Source of the DNA: an uncultured Candidatus Saccharibacteria bacterium
GTDB lineage: Bacteria > Patescibacteriota > Minisyncoccia > Phycocordibacterales > DATDWN01
Assembly: GCA_964426735.1 (NCBI GenBank)
Contig: CAYRRP010000001.1
Location: 75,923-139,922 of the forward strand
Reading direction: 5' to 3'
DNA: 64,000 nucleotides
Shown here one piece after another: positions 58,773-64,000 of the stretch. The stretch's first letter is position 1; each line of letters begins with the position of its first letter. A program made the position numbers and the translations under genes. The notes under the pieces are model-generated. The model was not told the origin of the DNA. It did no database searches and was given only the letters and a program-made list of their open reading frames with translations.

Positions 58773-60341
58773 TTATTCTGTAACACTAAACATACTTTTT
58801 GGAAGTTCGTATTGTGTAATTAACTGATTGTTCTTTTCTACACGTTTAAGAAAAATAATTGTAAAATCATCCACATATACCGGTGCCCAAAGAGGATTTT
58901 TGATAAGTGTGATAAGGAATGTTTGTGCCCATGGAGTGCTGTCGAGTCTATAAAACCACACTGCATTGAAATTATATTCTTTTGATTTTTCTTCCCATAC
59001 TGCAGGATTTTCTTGCATTGGTTTGTATGTATCAAAAAAGAATGACTCGGGGTATACCTCAGGTCTATTGTCGACAAATACTTTTTCTTTTCGTTCTGGA
59101 GTAAAGAGGCTAAAAATAAGTAGTCCGCCGATGTCATAGTTTGAAAAGAAAGGACCCTCTATCTGATGTGTTTTTACAAATAACGCAGAATCAGCATTTC
59201 GTGGATATAATCCAAAACCCCAACGAGATGATCCAGGAAGGCGATCATTGAATCGAGCAAAAATACACACGATAAGGAAAAGAGAAATAATAATTGACCA
59301 TGCCCATGCGGTAGAGGCATCTTTTCCATGAGATGTTTCATCTTTTTTGTAGAGAAGATGAATAAGAGTTCCAAGGAAAGGAAGTAATATGAGTCCAAAT
59401 AAAGTGAGGTGTCTAATACCGAAAAAACTTAATCCTCCAAATGCGAGCGTGATAATACCCAATGCAACAGGAAATCGTTTAACGCCTGTGTGTATACATA
59501 CAACAATACTGAGTATGCTTGCAATCAGTGCAGATAGTTTCCACCACAAAAAGTTTGGGTTAATGAAGTTGAGCGTTTGAAGAAAAGAGATGGATTGGTT
59601 TTCTGCTACCATGTATCCATAATTTTCAAAAATCTTGAATGGGTAGAGTGCTCCAGAAAGTCCATATGGACTTATCAAAAGACCTATTCCACAGAGGAGT
59701 ATGATTAATAAAAACATTTTTACTTTTTCCCAGTCTTTTCGCAGTAAACTTTCACATAAAAAAGTGCCAACAAGTAGTGGACCTAAGATTGCGTAAATGT
59801 GAATGTTGATCCAAAACACACTAAGTACAGGAAGAATGTAGAGGTAGGTTTTCTTTAGTTTATCATCATTAAATCTAATAAGGATATACAGAAAGATTGC
59901 AATAAAAAGATAACTCAAACCTTCAGGGCGAATCTCACTTCGTTCGGCAATCAGTGGTATGAGAAATAGGGATAGTGGGATAGTTATGTAAAGTGGTATT
60001 TTTTTTGAAACAAGAGAAAAAAGAATAAGAAAAGTAAGTATGAGTGTGCAGATGTATGAGAGTGACAGTCCTGTCCAACCAAACATGCTATACGTGAGAT
60101 ATGCAATAATACCGTACCCCCAGTGGTGGTTGATGAAGGGAAAATCAGGAAAAGTGAAAGAGAAAAAGTTGGTATGGAGAAGTGCAGAGCGAGATACGGC
60201 GTATTCTTTTGCGTGCAAAAGCACCTCGCCATTTTTAATATGTCTACCGATATCTGCTGCAGGGAGATTGATCTTTTGAACTAAAAATATTCCCAAAAAA
60301 ACCGAAAGGATAAGCGCGACAATAAGAGTGCTTTTCTTCAT
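58773..60341 (-). CDS. Multi-TM protein, GT-C-like glycosyltransferase candidate
   Basis: DIGRHIKNG, RPE, W.NIH, VFVDNRPEVY; many TMs; adjacent to GT2. Confidence 0.6.
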   Translation of the reverse strand: MKKSTLIVALILSVFLGIFLVQKINLPAADIGRHIKNGEVLLHAKEYAVSRSALLHTNFFSFTFPDFPFINHHWGYGIIAYLTYSMFGWTGLSLSYICTLILTFLILFSLVSKKIPLYITIPLSLFLIPLIAERSEIRPEGLSYLFIAIFLYILIRFNDDKLKKTYLYILPVLSVFWINIHIYAILGPLLVGTFLCESLLRKDWEKVKMFLLIILLCGIGLLISPYGLSGALYPFKIFENYGYMVAENQSISFLQTLNFINPNFLWWKLSALIASILSIVVCIHTGVKRFPVALGIITLAFGGLSFFGIRHLTLFGLILLPFLGTLIHLLYKKDETSHGKDASTAWAWSIIISLFLIVCIFARFNDRLPGSSRWGFGLYPRNADSALFVKTHQIEGPFFSNYDIGGLLIFSLFTPERKEKVFVDNRPEVYPESFFFDTYKPMQENPAVWEEKSKEYNFNAVWFYRLDSTPWAQTFLITLIKNPLWAPVYVDDFTIIFLKRVEKNNQLITQYELPKSMFSVTE

Positions 60342-60365
60342 ATATATAGTATACAATATGAGGAT

Positions 60366-61580
60366 ATGAATATTCCAACTCAAATTATTATTTTCGGCAT
60401 TACTGGAGACCTTTCACAGAAGAAAATCCTCCCTTCGCTCTTTAGTTTGTATATTGAGGGACTGCTCCCTAAAAAGCTGGTCCTCACTGGTTTTTCTCGA
60501 CGAGATTTTTCAAAGAGTGATATTGAGGATTTTGTGCGAGGTGTATTGCCTGAGCATGAAAAAAGAGAAGACTTTGTAAAACTTTTTTCATATGTGCAAG
60601 GGGATTTTTCTTCGCTTGATTCGTACATGAGGTTGCTGGAGCAGGTCGACGCTCACGATATCGATTTTATGCAATGTTCAAACAAACTGTACTATCTATC
60701 CGTATCACCTCAATACTATGCCCATATTTTCTGCTTACTCAAAGAATCTGGTTTGAGTTTTCCTTGTGGAGGAGATCTTGGATGGGCACGCATACTAGTG
60801 GAAAAACCATTTGGTTCACATAAAGAATCTGCAGAGGCGCTCAACGTGCTTGTAGAAGAGCTTTTTTTGGAGCAGCAGGTGTATCGTATCGACCACTACA
60901 TGGCGAAAACATCACTTCAAAAAATTATTGAATTTCGCAAGAGTAATACATACAAAGAAAAATGGAACAGTGAGTATATCAAAGAAATTAACATTGATTT
61001 ACTAGAAACTGCAACGGTTGAAAATCGGGGAGAGTTTTACGATTCGCTCGGGGTGGTATACGACGTGGGGCAAAACCATATCTTGCAAATGATTGCACTT
61101 GCGGTGCGTCCATTAAAGGATAATGAGACAGCTGATGAAGTACAAAAAGCCAGGGAGAATGTGTTTGAGTCACTATCTGTTGATGTAAAAAACGCGCAAA
61201 GAGCTCAGTACGAAGGTTACAAAGAGCACAAAGGAGTTAAGAATGATTCTGATACGGAGACATATATTGATGTGACTTTGCACTCCTCGCTTCCTGCGTT
61301 TGCTGGCGTGCCGATACGAGTGCGCTCCGGCAAAGCTCAACCAAAGTCTTTTACGGCGGTGACGGTGGTTTGGAAAGATGGGACAGAAACAGTATTTGAA
61401 ACGCCAGCATCGGAGAGTAATGAAGCATACAAAAAAGTATTGCTCGATTGTATGAATGGAGACCAGACTGTCTTTACTTCAGGAAAGGAAGTAGAACTCG
61501 GGTGGCATATTGCGGAAGAGGTGAAAAAAGTGATACAACAAAAACCACTTGAGGAATATCAAGTGGGAAAAATGCTATAA
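60366..61580 (+). CDS. zwf: Glucose-6-phosphate 1-dehydrogenase (compact)
   Basis: FGITGDLS, EKPFG, RIDHY, DVGQNH, RSGK. Confidence 0.9.
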   Translation: MNIPTQIIIFGITGDLSQKKILPSLFSLYIEGLLPKKLVLTGFSRRDFSKSDIEDFVRGVLPEHEKREDFVKLFSYVQGDFSSLDSYMRLLEQVDAHDIDFMQCSNKLYYLSVSPQYYAHIFCLLKESGLSFPCGGDLGWARILVEKPFGSHKESAEALNVLVEELFLEQQVYRIDHYMAKTSLQKIIEFRKSNTYKEKWNSEYIKEINIDLLETATVENRGEFYDSLGVVYDVGQNHILQMIALAVRPLKDNETADEVQKARENVFESLSVDVKNAQRAQYEGYKEHKGVKNDSDTETYIDVTLHSSLPAFAGVPIRVRSGKAQPKSFTAVTVVWKDGTETVFETPASESNEAYKKVLLDCMNGDQTVFTSGKEVELGWHIAEEVKKVIQQKPLEEYQVGKML

Positions 61581-62387
61581 GTATTTTTCAATATTCTTTT
61601 TGTGCTCCTCATATGTCTTCGCACAGTGTATTTTCTTTTTCTTGTCGTGGAGGTAAAACATACAGCTTGTCTTTTGAGGATTGTATGCAGCTTCGAGAGC
61701 AGCAAGTCCAGGGTTTGCTATCGGTGTAGGAGGTAAACTTTTGTTTTGATATGTGTTGTATGGAGATACAATATATTTATCTTCTGACTTTACTTGAGGC
61801 CACCACAAATCCTCATCTCCCTTTGCATACTGAAGTGTTGCGTCCATTTGAAGTTTCATTCCAGCAAAAATACGATTCCAAATAATTCCTGAAATCAGAC
61901 GCATGTCACTTTTGCCACCCGCTTCACGTTGGATGATAGAAGCAACAATCAAAGCAGTATCTTCATTGAGGATTGTAGTGTTTTTACTTCGTTTGATTTC
62001 TTTTGTTTTTTTATCAAATGCTTTGATCATCATCTCACTCACTTCTTCTGGTTCAGCATCTTTCATAATCATGTAATTTTGTGGAAAATAAAATCCTTCA
62101 GAAGTTTTTTTTCCGAGTGCAATATGTGCGTTTAAAAAATCTTCTTTATCTTGCTCATCCCACCCAAGTTTTGCTCCGACTGATTCAGCCACTTGTTCTT
62201 TGCGCCATCCTTCTTGAATATAGATCATTCGTACCGAAGGGTTTGCGAGGTTTTGATAAAAAGAGAGTGATGCAAGCTCAGAAAAAGGTATGTGATAATA
62301 ATGAAGAAGATATCCGAGTGCGATAAGAGGTATAAAAGGAAATATAAAAAAATATGGAACTTTTTTAATACGAAAAGGTCGTTTCAT
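61575..62387 (-). CDS. mltG: Endolytic transglycosylase MltG
   Basis: EGFYFP, ASIIQREA, LQMDAT, SPYNTY, LPPTPIANPG. Confidence 0.9.
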   Translation of the reverse strand: MKRPFRIKKVPYFFIFPFIPLIALGYLLHYYHIPFSELASLSFYQNLANPSVRMIYIQEGWRKEQVAESVGAKLGWDEQDKEDFLNAHIALGKKTSEGFYFPQNYMIMKDAEPEEVSEMMIKAFDKKTKEIKRSKNTTILNEDTALIVASIIQREAGGKSDMRLISGIIWNRIFAGMKLQMDATLQYAKGDEDLWWPQVKSEDKYIVSPYNTYQNKSLPPTPIANPGLAALEAAYNPQKTSCMFYLHDKKKKIHCAKTYEEHKKNIEKYL

Positions 62388-62429
62388 GGCTTTGAAATAG
62401 TATACTAAGTATAGTATAGTAGTCTGCAT

Positions 62430-62660
62430 ATGTCACTAAAAACATTTTTTTTAAAGAAGATGCTTTCATCAAAAATGAAAGGTGTTCCACAAGCAGAGCA
62501 AGATAAGATATTTGATATGATTGAAAAAAACCCAGATCTTTTCCAGAAGATTGGTGTTGAAGTACAAGAAAAGATGCAGAAAGAAGGGAAGGATCAAATG
62601 CAGGCTGCGATGGAGGTGATGCAGAAACATAAAGACCAACTCCAAGGTCTCATGAAGTAG
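62430..62660 (+). CDS. Small helical hypothetical protein
   Basis: 76-aa ORF, IEKNPDLFQKI motif. Confidence 0.7.
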   Translation: MSLKTFFLKKMLSSKMKGVPQAEQDKIFDMIEKNPDLFQKIGVEVQEKMQKEGKDQMQAAMEVMQKHKDQLQGLMK

Positions 62661-62713
62661 GAATTTTAAATTTGGTAAATTTCGTTGTTGGAATTCATTC
62701 AAATTTAAAATCC
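62660..62713 (+). repeat. Internally deleted copy of the CGTAC hairpin family
   Basis: ttggtaaatttcgttgttg matches the A/B left arm; ggaattttaaatttg/caaatttaaaatcc outer stem. Confidence 0.55.
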
Positions 62714-62868
62714 TTAGTAGCCTATTTCTCGTCGAATTTTTCTTAAATAGTAAACTTTGTAGGATTCAAAAAAGATCAAAAATAATCGAGGTTTGTAGGC
62801 CTCACAAAAAACCACTCTTGAACGGAGTGATTTTTTATATCCGAATGCGCTATCCACACCTATTTTCG

Positions 62869-62897
62869 TTGACGGTGAACAAGTGTTCACCTATGAT
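62869..62897 (+). promoter_or_regulatory. lexA operon promoter TTGACG-17-TATGAT with palindromic operator GGTGAAC-AAGT-GTTCACC
   Basis: Perfect 7-bp inverted repeat with GAAC-N4-GTTC core filling the spacer. Confidence 0.8.
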
Positions 62898-62934
62898 AAT
62901 GATATACAAGAAACGCATAATAATTATAAAAACC

Positions 62935-63144
62935 ATGAGTAAACAAAATTTTGAAAAAGCATTGCGAGATGAACTAGAAGTTTTGAATGAGACGATCGAT
63001 CGAAAGATTATCAAAGGTCTTTCGTATGCCGCTGAAGCTCGTCGACACAAAGCGATTCTTTCTCAGATACTTGAGATACGACGCCGAGACAATCGTTCAA
63101 GCTGGTTCTTGCGATCACTTGGGTTTACTTCATTTTTATTCTAA
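62935..63144 (+). CDS. Small hypothetical protein, first gene of the lexA operon
   Basis: Stop codon overlaps the lexA ATG (TAATG). Confidence 0.7.
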   Translation: MSKQNFEKALRDELEVLNETIDRKIIKGLSYAAEARRHKAILSQILEIRRRDNRSSWFLRSLGFTSFLF

Positions 63145-63707
63145 TGAATTCATATAAAGATAAAATTTTTGCTTTTTACGGGCGATACAAACGGATGCCA
63201 AACTATCAAGAGATCATGGATCTTGTTGGTTTCAAATCCAAAAATGCAGTGTATAAACTCATCAATAAACTTATTGATGAAGGGGTCGTGACAAAAGACT
63301 CAAAGGGTAAGCTTGTACCCACACGAATGTTTGATGAGGTGCCACTTTTAGGTCTGGTGGAGGCAGGTTTTCCTACTACAGCTGATGAAGAAGTACTTGA
63401 GACTCTCTCACTTGATAACTATCTCATCAAACACAAAGAGTCCACCTATCTTCTTGAAGTTAAAGGTGATTCGATGATTGAAGAAGGTATTAAGGAAGGT
63501 GACCTTGTTATCGTGGAGCGAAGGGGGGATGCTAAAGAGGGAGATATTGTAATTGCAGAAGTCGATGGTGGATGGACGATGAAATATTACAAGAAAAAAG
63601 GAAACCAAGTCTACCTCATGCCTGCCAACAAAAACTACAAACCCATCTATCCAGAATATGATCTCAAAATCGCCGCGATTGTGAAGGGAGTAATTCGTAA
63701 GTACTAA
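63144..63707 (+). CDS. lexA: LexA repressor
   Basis: wHTH (MPNYQEI...GFKSK), VEAG cleavage site, GDSM, TMK. Confidence 0.9.
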   Translation: MNSYKDKIFAFYGRYKRMPNYQEIMDLVGFKSKNAVYKLINKLIDEGVVTKDSKGKLVPTRMFDEVPLLGLVEAGFPTTADEEVLETLSLDNYLIKHKESTYLLEVKGDSMIEEGIKEGDLVIVERRGDAKEGDIVIAEVDGGWTMKYYKKKGNQVYLMPANKNYKPIYPEYDLKIAAIVKGVIRKY

Positions 63708-63708
63708 A

Positions 63709-64000
63709 ATGAAAAAAGATTTTGATAAGTGGAACGAGGTTAAAAAGAAGACTGAAGCAGAACAGCCAAGGTTGTATACCGTGAGAGAAATCTGGTGGTG
63801 TAGATTTGGACTAAATATTGGGACAGAGCAGGATGGTAAGGGTGAATGGTATGTGAGGCCGTGCATTATCTTGAGAGGATTTGGTCCAGATGCATGTCTT
63901 GTTGTTCCTCTCACCACATCTCCACGTAAACATGTCTTAAGAATATCATTGGGTAAAATCAATGGAGAAAAAGCGAATGCGAACCTTTCTCAGATAAGAG
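63709..64000 (+). CDS. PemK/MazF family toxin (partial, runs off window)
   Basis: MKKDFDKWN...EIWWCRFGLNIGTEQDGK...RPCII...VVPLTT...LSQIR. Confidence 0.8.
   Translation, partial: MKKDFDKWNEVKKKTEAEQPRLYTVREIWWCRFGLNIGTEQDGKGEWYVRPCIILRGFGPDACLVVPLTTSPRKHVLRISLGKINGEKANANLSQIR

Overview
AT-rich bacterial chromosome segment, genetic code 11 (TGA and TAG both act as stops). Gene content and style suggest Patescibacteria/CPR (Parcubacteria-like); this is inference. From left to right: (1) the end of a prophage-like element (ParB-methylase, small and large terminase) with divergent candidate defence cargo; (2) a 6-kb array of NUDIX/HD/nucleotidyltransferase genes; (3) a peptidoglycan cluster (murC-D-E, HTH-murA, murB, ddl); (4) housekeeping and repair genes (ABC-F, DEAD helicase, msrA with an internal amber codon, msrB, xseAB, tgt, uvrB/A/C, second ddl, zwf, mltG, lexA plus orphan mazF); (5) tRNA-Ala(TGC). 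The most unusual signals are non-coding. Two stand-alone structured RNAs (44.6 kb and 57.1 kb), each with its own promoter and terminator, display an anti-Shine-Dalgarno loop and an AUCCCUG loop. Many conserved genes look leaderless, whereas a dispersed class of ORFan cassettes uses strong SD sites. There is also a family of covarying long hairpins whose outer arms copy the neighbouring gene end, a MITE at a start codon, and palindromes inserted in-frame in CDSs. All calls come from reading motifs by eye; no searches or folding programs were run. Many starts were moved from the ORF track to the ATG following a -10 box or SD.
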